DNA from: Nitrosomonas sp.
Lineage (GTDB): Bacteria > Pseudomonadota > Gammaproteobacteria > Burkholderiales > Nitrosomonadaceae
DNA length: 64,000 nt
Assembly (NCBI RefSeq): GCF_043753625.1
Contig: NZ_JAYUWI010000118.1
Span: 4,141 to 68,140, forward strand
Reading direction: 5' to 3'
In this document: piece after piece, positions 25,328 through 35,285 of the stretch
Layout of the letters: each line of letters begins with the position of its first letter
How positions within the stretch are numbered: the first letter of the stretch is position 1
Program-made: the position numbers and the translations under genes
Notes under the pieces: model-generated
Seen by the model: the letters and a program-made list of their open reading frames with translations, nothing else
Database searches by the model: none
Told to the model about the DNA's origin: nothing

Positions 25328-26164
25328 ATGAAAAAAACCATACTCATTACAGGATGTTCAAGCGGGATCGGTTACTGTGTAGCCAAAGCACTGCATGAAC
25401 GCGGCTATCGTGTGTTTGCTACAGCCAGAAAACGGGCAAGCGTTGAAATGCTCCTGGCGGAAGGCCTGGAAAGCTTCCGCCTGGATTTAACCGATTCAAA
25501 CTCGATTCACTTTGCTTTTGAAGAGGTCATGCGCCGTACGGATGGTGAACTGTATGCCCTATTTAATAATGGCGCATACGGCTTGCCGGGTGCCGTGGAA
25601 GATTTGAATCGCGATGCCTTGCGTGCACAATTCGAGACCAATGTCTTTGGCTGGCAGGAACTCACCAATCTGGCGATACCGGTCATGCGCCGCCAAGGCT
25701 ACGGCAGAATTATCCAGAACAGCTCGGTACTGGGTTTTGTTTCTCTGCCTTTCCGGGGTGCCTACAATGCTTCCAAATATGCCATTGAGGGGCTCAGTGA
25801 TACCCTACGGCTGGAGCTACGAGGCACTAATATTTACGTCAGTCTGATTGAGCCGGGGCCGATCACCAGTCAGTTTCGCATGAATGCCGTCAAGGCACTG
25901 GCAAAATATATCAACATTGAAAACAGCTTTCACCGTGAAAAATACCAGGGTGTATTAGCGCGCTTGAACAAGCCGGGTCCAGCCGTTCCCTTCACACTCC
26001 CGCCTGAAGCTGTACTCAAACGGGTAATCCACGCATTGGAAGCTACCAAACCGCAGCCACGCTATTATGTGACATTCCCCACTTACCTGTTTGGCATTCT
26101 CAAGCGCATTTTAAGCTCACGTGCATTGGATGTGCTGCTGGCCAAATCCGGGAATAACAACTGA
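25328..26164 (+). CDS. Short-chain dehydrogenase/reductase (YbbO-like)
   Basis: TGCSSGIG, NNGAYG and catalytic YNASK. Confidence 0.9.
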   Translation: MKKTILITGCSSGIGYCVAKALHERGYRVFATARKRASVEMLLAEGLESFRLDLTDSNSIHFAFEEVMRRTDGELYALFNNGAYGLPGAVEDLNRDALRAQFETNVFGWQELTNLAIPVMRRQGYGRIIQNSSVLGFVSLPFRGAYNASKYAIEGLSDTLRLELRGTNIYVSLIEPGPITSQFRMNAVKALAKYINIENSFHREKYQGVLARLNKPGPAVPFTLPPEAVLKRVIHALEATKPQPRYYVTFPTYLFGILKRILSSRALDVLLAKSGNNN

Positions 26165-26174
26165 CAGGATTTGG

Positions 26175-26675
26175 TTACGGAACCAACGGTTTGGTTGTAG
26201 AAGCTACGCACAATTGCAGAATTTTCCAGGCTATATTACCCATGAAAGAATCTCCCCTCAGGGATGCGTTGACCGTTGTGTCATCAATTGTTTGTAGCAT
26301 CAGGGCAAACGCGTAAACAGATTTGTCATTTTCACCGCGCTGCGCGGCTGATAAAATTTCCGGGACCGGATTACCGTAGATGAGAATAGCGTCGGGATTC
26401 GAAGGTGCATAAGTCGAATAAACGTTATGCAGATACCTTGTATCGTATGCATGAATTTCCGATGCTTGCATATCCGGATATTGCCGGTTTCTGAATTGCA
26501 GGACATGCATAAATGACCTGCCATCGGACTGCAGTTTATTAGCCACACAACTCGCAAGAGCGGAATGCTCACCCACAAAATTTTCTTCAAAAAGCTGAGC
26601 TTTTTCTTTTGAACCGGATAAGTTCGCACATGCCACTATGAAGAATACGGTTAACAACATAATCAATATCTTCAT
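26175..26675 (-). CDS. Hypothetical lipoprotein (start reassigned to ATG 26675)
   Basis: MKILIMLLTVFFIVAC: basic-hydrophobic signal with lipobox IVAC. Confidence 0.65.
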   Translation of the reverse strand: MKILIMLLTVFFIVACANLSGSKEKAQLFEENFVGEHSALASCVANKLQSDGRSFMHVLQFRNRQYPDMQASEIHAYDTRYLHNVYSTYAPSNPDAILIYGNPVPEILSAAQRGENDKSVYAFALMLQTIDDTTVNASLRGDSFMGNIAWKILQLCVASTTKPLVP

Positions 26676-26740
26676 AACAAACATTCCTGAAAGAAACAGA
26701 GCATGATACCGGATTACAAGAACCGGATCTTTACAAAACA

Positions 26741-26929
26741 CTATCCATTGAAATAAACATAGGGTTTCATTGGAACTGAAGATTCATTAAATTCCTTTTT
26801 TTCTTCTCTATTCTGATTTTTATCCCACCACATACTTCTTGCGGCCAATCGCTGTTCCTGCACATGTGGATTCTTCTCCAGAAACTCACGCATAAATTTT
26901 GTGTGCTCAGATTCGTAACTGTAATCCAT
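26741..26929 (-). CDS. DUF3460-like small protein
   Basis: YESEHTKFM, NP-x-x-x-x-x-R-x-x-x-R-x-x-WWDK and PMKPYVY pattern. Confidence 0.75.
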   Translation of the reverse strand: MDYSYESEHTKFMREFLEKNPHVQEQRLAARSMWWDKNQNREEKKEFNESSVPMKPYVYFNG

Positions 26930-27147
26930 AATTTCCCTCCCGACGCTTTAATGCAAAAGCCGAACTTTAGCACAGACATGATTTTCTAAATAGCCCAGGT
27001 TTCTCAATTCATCTCGTAATCACTCTGATTGCCTGCAGCAATGCTAGAATGGCAGCAAAACATTTTATAACCTGCCAAGAACAGAACCAACTTGAATATT
27101 TCTCCTCAACAAGCTTCTCACAAACTTATTTCTGGATTGGAAAACAC

Positions 27148-27293
27148 TAACAGGCCGCTTAAGAAAGTATTTGTAGCAGCCGATGCACGGCAAAAACAGG
27201 TGAAAAAGCACAGCTTATGCATGATAAATGAGCATCTTGAGCCCATTTTTAACACCGCAGCGGCAATGCAGATAGTTTTTCAACGGCCTGCTA
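27148..27293. repeat. 146-bp TA-flanked imperfect palindromic element (ERIC-like/MITE)
   Basis: Left end TAACAGGCCGCTTAAGAAA matches the reverse complement of the right end, TAGCAGGCCGTTGAAAAA; pairing continues for about 55 nt per arm. Confidence 0.75.
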
Positions 27294-27315
27294 AGCCATT
27301 CCATCATTTTTCCTG

Positions 27316-28347
27316 ATGCTAGTTTTAGGCATTGAAACTTCTTGCGATGAAACCGGAATCGCACTGTTTGACACAAAACGTGGCCTACTGAGCCATACGC
27401 TTTATTCCCAAATAGAAATGCACAGTGAATATGGCGGTGTCGTTCCTGAGCTTGCATCGCGCGACCATATCCGCCGTGTACTGCCCTTGATCAAGGAAAC
27501 ATTGCTTGCAGCCAAATGTGAATTGCACGAAATCAACGCTATCGCTTATACACAAGGCCCCGGTCTGGCTGGCGCGCTTTTAGTCGGCGCCAGTATTGGT
27601 GCTGCACTGAGTTTTGCACTAAAAATCCCTGCACTGGGCATCCATCATCTGGAAGGGCATCTGTTATCGCCGCTGTTATCCACACCGGCGCCGAACTTTC
27701 CATTTATCGCGCTGCTGGTTTCGGGAGGCCATACGCAATTAATGCAAGTGGATGCGGTCGGACACTATAAATTGTTAGGTGAAACGGTTGATGATGCAGC
27801 AGGTGAGGCTTTTGACAAAACCGCAAAATTACTCGGGCTGGGTTATCCGGGCGGCGCCGCCTTATCAAAATTGGCCAAACAAGGCCGGACAGGACGATTT
27901 AAACTTCCGCGGCCGATGCTCAATAGCGGAGATCTCAATTTCAGTTTTAGCGGACTAAAAACTGCGGTGCTCACCCTGATCAACAAACAGGAAATCACGC
28001 AACAAACCAGCGCGGACATTGCTTTGGCTTTTCAAGAAGCGATTGTGGAAGTATTAACCGAAAAATCACTGACCGCTCTATCGCGTACCGGTCTTACGCA
28101 ACTGGTTGTCGCCGGAGGTGTGGGCGCCAACGATCAATTACGTCAGAATCTCAGCAGCAAAGCCTCTGCAAAAGGAGCGACCGTTTTTTATCCGGAACTT
28201 GAATTTTGCACCGACAATGGTGCCATGATTGCCTTTGCTGGTGCAATGCGATTGCAAACTTCGCCTGATAAAACCTGGCCACCGGCAAGCAGCTTTACCG
28301 TCAACGCACGTTGGAATCTGGAAATGCTTGATGAACCGGATGATTGA
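27316..28347 (+). CDS. tsaD: tRNA threonylcarbamoyladenosine biosynthesis protein TsaD
   Basis: [29 protein letters not shown] and CTDNGAMIA. Confidence 0.97.
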   Translation: MLVLGIETSCDETGIALFDTKRGLLSHTLYSQIEMHSEYGGVVPELASRDHIRRVLPLIKETLLAAKCELHEINAIAYTQGPGLAGALLVGASIGAALSFALKIPALGIHHLEGHLLSPLLSTPAPNFPFIALLVSGGHTQLMQVDAVGHYKLLGETVDDAAGEAFDKTAKLLGLGYPGGAALSKLAKQGRTGRFKLPRPMLNSGDLNFSFSGLKTAVLTLINKQEITQQTSADIALAFQEAIVEVLTEKSLTALSRTGLTQLVVAGGVGANDQLRQNLSSKASAKGATVFYPELEFCTDNGAMIAFAGAMRLQTSPDKTWPPASSFTVNARWNLEMLDEPDD

Positions 28348-28962
28348 TCAAAAACCGTGGAATTTTTTCTCGCCGATACGGCCTTCTTTCCCCGCCAGCA
28401 AATTGACGATATTTGACCGGTGACGCCAGATCAGCAGCAGTGACATCGCCGAAACGGCCAGCGTCCCGGCTTCAAAACCCAGCAAGACGACGCTAAACAG
28501 TGGCGCCAATACCGCCGCGATCAAGGCCGACAACGACGAAATGCGCCAGGTGAACGCAACCGCCAACCAGGTCGCCATCGCCAGCAACCCCAGCCACACA
28601 TTCAAACCGAGCAATACGCCGACCGCAGTCGCCACGCCTTTACCGCCCTGGAAACGCAAAAATACCGGAAAAACATGACCCAGAAATACTGCCAATGCGG
28701 CGACAGCAACCCCTTCATCCCCAAGATTCCAGAGTGGAGCGTAATGTTGCGCCAAAGCCACCGCCAACCAGCCCTTACCGGCATCACCCAATAACGTCAA
28801 AACCGCCGCAGCCTTCTTGCCGCTACGCAAAACATTGGTCGCCCCCGGATTCTTTGAACCGTAGGTGCGCGGGTCCGGCAATTTAAAAATCCAACTGGAC
28901 ACCACGGCGAAAGAAACCGACCCCAGCAAATAGGCCAACAGAGCAAAAACCAATATCGTCAT
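28348..28962 (-). CDS. plsY: Glycerol-3-phosphate acyltransferase PlsY (start reassigned to ATG 28962)
   Basis: YLLGSV, GSKNPGATN, GH-x-FP and GGKGVAT motifs. Confidence 0.95.
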   Translation of the reverse strand: MTILVFALLAYLLGSVSFAVVSSWIFKLPDPRTYGSKNPGATNVLRSGKKAAAVLTLLGDAGKGWLAVALAQHYAPLWNLGDEGVAVAALAVFLGHVFPVFLRFQGGKGVATAVGVLLGLNVWLGLLAMATWLAVAFTWRISSLSALIAAVLAPLFSVVLLGFEAGTLAVSAMSLLLIWRHRSNIVNLLAGKEGRIGEKKFHGF

Positions 28963-29070
28963 GAGTATTCGCACCACCTGAACAAAATAGAATAGAATCC
29001 CGTATCGCTCACATCCGCAAGACTTCCGGAAGCTCCCGAATAACCCGCACATTTTAGCGCTTAATCACCA

Positions 29071-29439
29071 ATGGATATTATTTTTCTGCACGACTTCAAA
29101 GCCAAAACCTTAATCGGCATTTACCCGTGGGAACGCGTGGTTCCGCAAACGATTCAATTGGACCTGGAAATCGCATTGCCAACCAGCCGTGCATGCCAAT
29201 CCGACAACATAGCAGATGCTTTGGACTATGCGTTGATCATAGAAAGAATTAACGAGATTTTGGCCAACAAACACTTTTCCCTGTTGGAAGCCTTGGCCGA
29301 ACATATCGCGCAAACCATTTTGACAGAATTTAAATCGCCGTGGGTTAAGATCAGCGTTGCGAAGCTGGGAATTATTCGTGGAGTAAAGAAACTGGGGGTA
29401 TGTATTGAGCGGAGTGCTGATGTCGCATCAGCGCAATAA
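29071..29439 (+). CDS. folB: Dihydroneopterin aldolase
   Basis: IGIYPWE, ALDY, LLEALAE and VGVCIER-type C-terminus; divergent from plsY as usual. Confidence 0.94.
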   Translation: MDIIFLHDFKAKTLIGIYPWERVVPQTIQLDLEIALPTSRACQSDNIADALDYALIIERINEILANKHFSLLEALAEHIAQTILTEFKSPWVKISVAKLGIIRGVKKLGVCIERSADVASAQ

Positions 29440-29649
29440 AAACATAATTTGTACTGGCTCAAACTTGATCTGACAGTTTTAAAAATTAACCTGGATTGAA
29501 TCTGATCTTTTACTGAGGCGAACCAAAAAAACCCGATGACATCTGGCACTCCAGCCATCCACCTTTTGATCTCATTGCTGCCACTTAGACTTCAGTTCTG
29601 ATCGTTGTCTTCGCCTGGTGGCAGACAGTCTCGGATGTCGCACGACTCT

Positions 29650-31410
29650 TTATCCTGAAATGAATTCATCGGCAGCATTTTTGATAATTCTTGAGCGTAC
29701 ATCCTTGATGTACGGAATCTTCATCAATTCGTTGCGTTTTGCTTGCACGATGGAACCTACCGTAGGAAATTTCGGCCGGACTCGGTCCTTTAGTCGGTCG
29801 CTAACTGATAAACCATCTATAGATTCCTCTAGTAGTGTACTTACAATCGAAGTGGCAATTATTTTGTTGCCGCATTCGCTACAGAATTTGGCATTCTGCG
29901 GTAGAAGAGCTGAACAAATTGAACAAGTTTCGCTCGGGAGCAAAAGTGAAGATAAATATGTCTGAATTTGGCTATCCGAGGATGAAAATTCACGATAATC
30001 CGTTACGCTTAGGCGTGAGATTGCATCTGCGGTTTTAGAAGTGTCGAAAGCCTTTTCAGTTGCCATAAGAGCTAAGTTAATCATGTATCGTGGGCCAGTA
30101 CCGCTAGCAATCTTGACTGTTCCGAGTTGCGATACCATTCCAGAATAACAAAGGATATCGAGAGCCAACTTAAGATTCGGGGACATATCCCGCTGCACTG
30201 TAAAAAACGCAGATTGATAGTTGCTTTTTGTCTTCCGATGATTCTTGGATCTGATTTCCGGGATTATGTAGCCTCTGAGCAAATCTAACCCGATACGGAT
30301 ATGAGACGCATACTTTGGCAGGCGCTTTGACAAACTCTGGTGGTATGGAATAAGTGCCTGATCAACATAACTTTGTACTGCTAGGCCAACGGTTCTTTCT
30401 GATAGGGGATTATTGCTGGCAAGCGCACTGTTCAAAATATGCAGAAGGGCTCGAGGATTCCCATTTGATAGGTCAATGCATAAGTCAAGCTCGGCACCTC
30501 TTGTAAAAATCTTCTTTCGCAGGGTACTAGTTTTTGGCAACCGCTTTTCAAGAATCGAGCGAAAATGCTCACGATTCTCGCGGCGACCAGATTCGCCAGG
30601 GTCAAATCTAACAACCGGCAACACTATTGCATCTTGACCAATCTCGAAGTTGCGTCCGTAGTTAGTCACTGTCGGATATACAGCTGCCTTACACGCTACT
30701 TTTCCACTGTGAAGCAGCTTGAAGATTTCAAAGAAAATGTTCTGTTGAGTTGAGATGAATGTGTGCGCAGCCTCGTCAAAAAAGAACAAAATCTTATTCA
30801 ATGAGAAAAGCTCAGCCACCTCCCTAATGATATTCACAAGGAAGCTGGTGTCCTGAGCCTTAGCCAGAAATTCAGTTCCAATCTGGTTGATAATATCCGT
30901 CTGACTGACTTTGCTAAAAGCGAGCTTTTGCAGCAGATGAATCTTTTCTTCCAGCATCGCTTTAGTTTCAAGTACGGACGAAATTCCAAAGACCCGTTGA
31001 TATGGGTCCGCCCCTCCACTCTTTGCAATAAGATTTAATGCCAACATCTTCTCGTGCAAGGCTTCGAGAATTTTGATATTTACCCAAATTTGGAATGCAT
31101 CCCGCTCATCAGCCTTCACCCCTTCTAGCAATGTACTGGTCTTGAAATTGACATATACACCTAGCTTCTTGTCCGTTTGAAAAGTGTTATCCAGTTCAAT
31201 TTCAGCCATTCTGAGGAGCATGGATTTACCCACTCCACGAGCACCTTCAAGGAGGTTTGCACCGCCCCCCTTCAATGCATCTATAATGCGTCGCTCAAAA
31301 TCACCAAGCACGGAAATCTGGCGGATCTGTTCGTAGAGCAAATCCTCGCACCGTACAGTCTGCAGGAGATCGTCACCAGTAATCTGAGTCTGTGTCGTCG
31401 GGGCATTCAT
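29650..31410 (-). CDS. P-loop ATPase (STAND/ORC-CDC6-like) with C-terminal double zinc ribbon and HhH/RNAP alpha-CTD-like tail
   Basis: Walker A GARGVGKS, Walker B FFFDEAAH, SNGNPR (GxP), CSIC-x10-CSEC and the tail SIDGL..ELMKIPYI. Confidence 0.8.
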   Translation of the reverse strand: MNAPTTQTQITGDDLLQTVRCEDLLYEQIRQISVLGDFERRIIDALKGGGANLLEGARGVGKSMLLRMAEIELDNTFQTDKKLGVYVNFKTSTLLEGVKADERDAFQIWVNIKILEALHEKMLALNLIAKSGGADPYQRVFGISSVLETKAMLEEKIHLLQKLAFSKVSQTDIINQIGTEFLAKAQDTSFLVNIIREVAELFSLNKILFFFDEAAHTFISTQQNIFFEIFKLLHSGKVACKAAVYPTVTNYGRNFEIGQDAIVLPVVRFDPGESGRRENREHFRSILEKRLPKTSTLRKKIFTRGAELDLCIDLSNGNPRALLHILNSALASNNPLSERTVGLAVQSYVDQALIPYHQSLSKRLPKYASHIRIGLDLLRGYIIPEIRSKNHRKTKSNYQSAFFTVQRDMSPNLKLALDILCYSGMVSQLGTVKIASGTGPRYMINLALMATEKAFDTSKTADAISRLSVTDYREFSSSDSQIQTYLSSLLLPSETCSICSALLPQNAKFCSECGNKIIATSIVSTLLEESIDGLSVSDRLKDRVRPKFPTVGSIVQAKRNELMKIPYIKDVRSRIIKNAADEFISG

Positions 31411-31415
31411 GTGCT

Positions 31416-32141
31416 TTAGATTCTCTTAATTTGCGGGAAGGCAGATTTTATAAGGAGTTCAAGACCCCGGAACCGAGCAAACAATAGCAAAATGACGATA
31501 TTTTGTGCTTCTGCTATTTGTTTCAGGTGCTTCTCTATCCCGTTTTTGTCCGGTGAAAACCTTTCCGGTGAGAGGGGGGGTAGTCCAGAAACTTTCCCAT
31601 GAACTGTGTTACTGAGCTCCCGATAGATTCTTTGAAAATCTACTTGGTTGCAGATAGGGGATACTGATTCTTCTCCCTGCAATTGCGCGATGTACTCAAG
31701 ATAGCCAACAGAGTTTAGGTGAGCGACCATAACTGAAAAACTCAAATCCTGGTCCTTATGGCTCCAGCCCCAATACTCATGCGGCAGGTCCCACATGTAA
31801 ACCGTGGCCAAACCAAGCTCAAATGCACGGCGAACTGACATCCGTGCCGGCACAATCAAACCAATCGCGCACAGGTACATCGCTAGGGAAAAATCGGTAA
31901 AAACCTCATCCAAAATCTCTTTGCAAATCCTTTTTTGCCCTTCACTTTCACAATAGTTTATAGACAAGATACCTCTTATCTCGCTAATAATTCGAGAATT
32001 GAGATCAATCGTATCTAGCAGAAGGCTTGTTTCCGCTCCTATGGAGAGAACATTCTGGTTAAATTTTGCATGAAGCGTGCAAAGGATATCTTTTACCGGT
32101 TGTCTCGGTGCGTGACTTACAGTTGTCAAATTAATTTCCAA
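31416..32141 (-). CDS. Putative HEPN-like alpha-helical protein
   Basis: N-terminal RRAFE and C-terminal YRELSNTVHG (R-x6-H); stop lies 5 nt before the ATPase start; TTG start is uncertain. Confidence 0.6.
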   Translation of the reverse strand: MEINLTTVSHAPRQPVKDILCTLHAKFNQNVLSIGAETSLLLDTIDLNSRIISEIRGILSINYCESEGQKRICKEILDEVFTDFSLAMYLCAIGLIVPARMSVRRAFELGLATVYMWDLPHEYWGWSHKDQDLSFSVMVAHLNSVGYLEYIAQLQGEESVSPICNQVDFQRIYRELSNTVHGKVSGLPPLSPERFSPDKNGIEKHLKQIAEAQNIVILLLFARFRGLELLIKSAFPQIKRI

Positions 32142-32390
32142 TCAAGGCTATACAAAAAGCACCAATCGTAATAATTATAACCTCATAGCCTAAAATGCTC
32201 ACACAAGTTTTGCCACGTTTCGGCCAAAAAGCGGACTGACAATTGCAAATAGAGCAGCTTTTAGATGACACAATTGTCGTTCGATAGTCTTCTTTCCTAT
32301 GTGTACGAGTGTCTCTTTGTAGCCGGAAGAAGGCATTTAGTTGATCCCAACTCCACAACCCCTAATTAAACTCAGGTCAATTGTAATTAC

Positions 32391-33071
32391 TCATGAGTTA
32401 ACCAGATAACGTGTTGAATCGATTGCGCCTGCCGCAGTAAATCCAGCACGCCGGATACGACAAGAATCACAAACACCACAAGCTCGTCCCAGCTCATCAG
32501 CCTGATAACAAGAAACGGTTAAACTGTAATCGACACCTAAAGCAATTCCTTCCTGGATAATCTCTTTCTTGGTCATATGCAAGAGCGGTGCATGAATGGT
32601 CAGTTTTTTGCCTTCAATGGCTGCCTTGGTTGCCAGATTCGCCATATTTTCAAAAGCCGTAATGTATTCCGGGCGGCAATCCGGGTAGCCGGAATAATCG
32701 ACTGCGTTCACACCGACGAAGGTATCTTGACTATCCAATGTTTCAGCCCATGCCAACGCCAGCGACAGCATAATGGTATTTCTGACGGGCACATAAGTGA
32801 CGGGGATATTTGTTTTCTCTCCAGAAGTTGGAATTTCAATTGAGCGGTCTGTGAGCGCTGATCCACCGAATGTTGTCAGATCGAGTTTGATAACTTGGTG
32901 GACGTAAGAACCTAAAGCTTGAGCGACTTTCCGTGCTGCTTCTAATTCTGATCGATGCCGCTGGCCATAATCGACACTCAAGGTATAACACTCGAATTGC
33001 CTGTTCCGGGCTATCGCCAGTGCGGTTGCAGAATCTAATCCGCCGGATAGTAATACCACTGCTTTTTTCAT
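32391..33071 (-). CDS. queC: 7-cyano-7-deazaguanine synthase
   Basis: [20 protein letters not shown] and C-x8-CGVCDSC zinc motif. Confidence 0.97.
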   Translation of the reverse strand: MKKAVVLLSGGLDSATALAIARNRQFECYTLSVDYGQRHRSELEAARKVAQALGSYVHQVIKLDLTTFGGSALTDRSIEIPTSGEKTNIPVTYVPVRNTIMLSLALAWAETLDSQDTFVGVNAVDYSGYPDCRPEYITAFENMANLATKAAIEGKKLTIHAPLLHMTKKEIIQEGIALGVDYSLTVSCYQADELGRACGVCDSCRIRRAGFTAAGAIDSTRYLVNS

Positions 33072-33093
33072 GCGCTGATCAACTTTACAAACT

Positions 33094-33750
33094 TCAACGT
33101 CCCGGCCCCTCTCCCCACAGCAGCTTATGCATCTGAATCTGCATCCTTACCGGCAAGCTGTCGCGCAATATCCAGGCTGCCAGTGTCGCGGGATCCAAGC
33201 TGCCATAAACGGGTGAAAGCAAGATTGGACATATTTGCTGTAACTGCCTGGTATGAATGATTTCGCAAGCCCATTGATAGTCTGTCTCATCGCACAGCAC
33301 GAATTTGATTTCGTCATGTTGTTTCAGATGAACAAGATTGGACCAATTATTTTTAGTTACTTCACCCGAACCCGGGGTTTTGATATCCATAACTTTGCAC
33401 ACACGCACATCTACTCTGGATAAATCCAATGCGCCGCTGGTTTCAAGTGATACGGAATACTGTGCATCGCATAATGTAGTTAACAAATCCAAACAAGCTT
33501 TCTGCGCTAAAGGCTCGCCTCCGGTCACGGTTACATAATTCGTTTGATAGCGAGCCACCTGGTTCAGTATTTCTGCTATCGATAGATTCTCACCACCGGT
33601 AAAAGCATAGGCAGTATCACAGTAACCGCAGCGCAAAGGGCAACCCGTCAAACGCACAAAAACCGTTGGCAAACCGACTCGACTGGTTTCACCTTGTAAC
33701 GAATAGAAAATTTCACTGATACGCAAGGTTGTTGTCTCTAACGCTTGCAT
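33094..33750 (-). CDS. queE: 7-carboxy-7-deazaguanine synthase (radical SAM)
   Basis: [23 protein letters not shown] and QMHK. Confidence 0.96.
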   Translation of the reverse strand: MQALETTTLRISEIFYSLQGETSRVGLPTVFVRLTGCPLRCGYCDTAYAFTGGENLSIAEILNQVARYQTNYVTVTGGEPLAQKACLDLLTTLCDAQYSVSLETSGALDLSRVDVRVCKVMDIKTPGSGEVTKNNWSNLVHLKQHDEIKFVLCDETDYQWACEIIHTRQLQQICPILLSPVYGSLDPATLAAWILRDSLPVRMQIQMHKLLWGEGPGR

Positions 33751-33848
33751 AATGATTGATCGCCTGGATGAAGAAAGAAGCAGATTATATTACTTTGAAG
33801 GTAATGCAGAAATCAACAATTGGCAGACTATTTGTTCAAGCAAGGAGT

Positions 33849-34739
33849 TTATTTGATGTTAGCCAAGCGTTGCTTGGCTTTTTTTGCGGCGTCACTATTC
33901 GGGTATTTTGCCAGCAAATTTTCTAACGTATGTTTACTCGCCTTGCTATCGCCCATTTCCTGCTGGCTGCTAGCAATATTCAGAAATGCATCCGGCACCT
34001 TGCTGCTGTCTGGGTACGTGCTAATCAATTTTTTCTGCGCATTGATTGCCAGTTGATAATCCCGCAGTGCGTAGCGCGCATTGCCAATCCAATAAGCAGC
34101 GCCAGGTGCCAAATTGGATTGTGGATAACTCCCCAGGAAGCTTTCAAATTGTGCAATAGCGTTTGCATATTCACCGTTTTTGAATAAGTCATACGCTTCT
34201 TTATAGGCGCTATTTTCTGCTGGACCGGCGGGTGCTAGTTCATTTGCTGATGCCACCGTTGCATCGGGCGCGCCGGAAGAAGCAGCAGTTCCATCGGATG
34301 ATAAAGTTTCCGGCACCACTAAACCAGCAGGCGGTGCCGCTGTCTGTTCTTTGCCCGAGGTACTATCGGAAAAGCTTGCTGGCGCTGCAGGAGCGGAAGA
34401 ACTCTTCTTACCAGGTTGTTCAATCTGGCGCAACCGATTGTCCAAATCAATATAGAAATCCCGCTGCCGCTTCTGTAATAAGGCATTGTCGTTACTCAGC
34501 ATTTCTATTTGTCCGTTCAGTTTTCCCAATTCAGCCCCAAGCGTTTCAACTTGTGCATAAAGCTGAAGTAACGCTTGGCTGTTCAGTGCCTGCTCCATCT
34601 TAGCAATACGCGCTTCCATTTCACTGACTTGCTTACGTAATGCGGTAATCTGTTCGCGTGCTTCATCATCGCCAAACAAAGCTGCATAACTAACATTGCA
34701 GCTCAGCAACAATAACAGTAAGAAAGCGCGTATCAGCAT
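33849..34739 (-). CDS. cpoB: Tol-Pal system protein CpoB/YbgF
   Basis: Signal peptide, N-terminal coiled coil and C-terminal TPRs (AYWIG, KVPDA); follows pal. Confidence 0.93.
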   Translation of the reverse strand: MLIRAFLLLLLLSCNVSYAALFGDDEAREQITALRKQVSEMEARIAKMEQALNSQALLQLYAQVETLGAELGKLNGQIEMLSNDNALLQKRQRDFYIDLDNRLRQIEQPGKKSSSAPAAPASFSDSTSGKEQTAAPPAGLVVPETLSSDGTAASSGAPDATVASANELAPAGPAENSAYKEAYDLFKNGEYANAIAQFESFLGSYPQSNLAPGAAYWIGNARYALRDYQLAINAQKKLISTYPDSSKVPDAFLNIASSQQEMGDSKASKHTLENLLAKYPNSDAAKKAKQRLANIK

Positions 34740-34741
34740 CT

Positions 34742-35260
34742 TTATTCACCCCGGTAGAGAATATCTGTGCGGCGATTCTGACTCCATGCCGATTCACTAT
34801 GTCCCAATGCGCGCGGTTTTTCTTCGCCCAAGCTGACCGATTCAATTTGCTCATCGCGTGCGCCCGCCAAGGTCATCATATTTCTGACGCTATCGGCACG
34901 ACGCTGCCCTAACGCAAGATTGTATTCACGGCTACCACGATCATCGGTATTCCCTTGCAGAATTACGCTGGCGCTCGCATTATCACGCAAGAACTTGGCA
35001 TGAGACAGAACCAACTCTCTGTATTCATTTTTCACAGAGTAGCTATCATAGTCGTAATAAACACTACGCTTAGACAAAATACTATTAGGATCCTGCAGTT
35101 GACTGAAATAGCTTGGTTTGCCAGAGCCTGCTCCTGTCAAGTCACTACTCCCTGAACCAGCACCCGCACCTGCTGTGAGATCTTCAACTTCAGGTTGCGT
35201 GGTTTGGCTGGCGCAAGCTGATAACAGAACAATCAATGAAATACCTAATAATTTCCTCAT
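34742..35260 (-). CDS. pal: Peptidoglycan-associated lipoprotein
   Basis: Lipobox LSAC and OmpA-like GNTDDRGSREYNLALGQRRA. Confidence 0.96.
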   Translation of the reverse strand: MRKLLGISLIVLLSACASQTTQPEVEDLTAGAGAGSGSSDLTGAGSGKPSYFSQLQDPNSILSKRSVYYDYDSYSVKNEYRELVLSHAKFLRDNASASVILQGNTDDRGSREYNLALGQRRADSVRNMMTLAGARDEQIESVSLGEEKPRALGHSESAWSQNRRTDILYRGE

Positions 35261-35285
35261 TTATAACTCCTTTAAATTAAAAACA

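Noticed and set aside
27092-27457. Two overlapping short ORFs upstream of tsaD
   Set aside because: They are translations of the 146-bp palindromic element, not independent genes.
32131-32358. 75-aa ORF upstream of the HEPN-like gene as a third system component
   Set aside because: No recognisable motif, a weak start, and part of it is the translation of the GTCCGC..GGCCGA motif; more likely promoter or leader sequence. Conservation analysis could revive it.
33751-33848. preQ1 riboswitch upstream of queE-queC
   Set aside because: No AGAGGTTCTAG-type stem or A-rich tail is visible; the genes appear to be distal members of the tol-pal operon.
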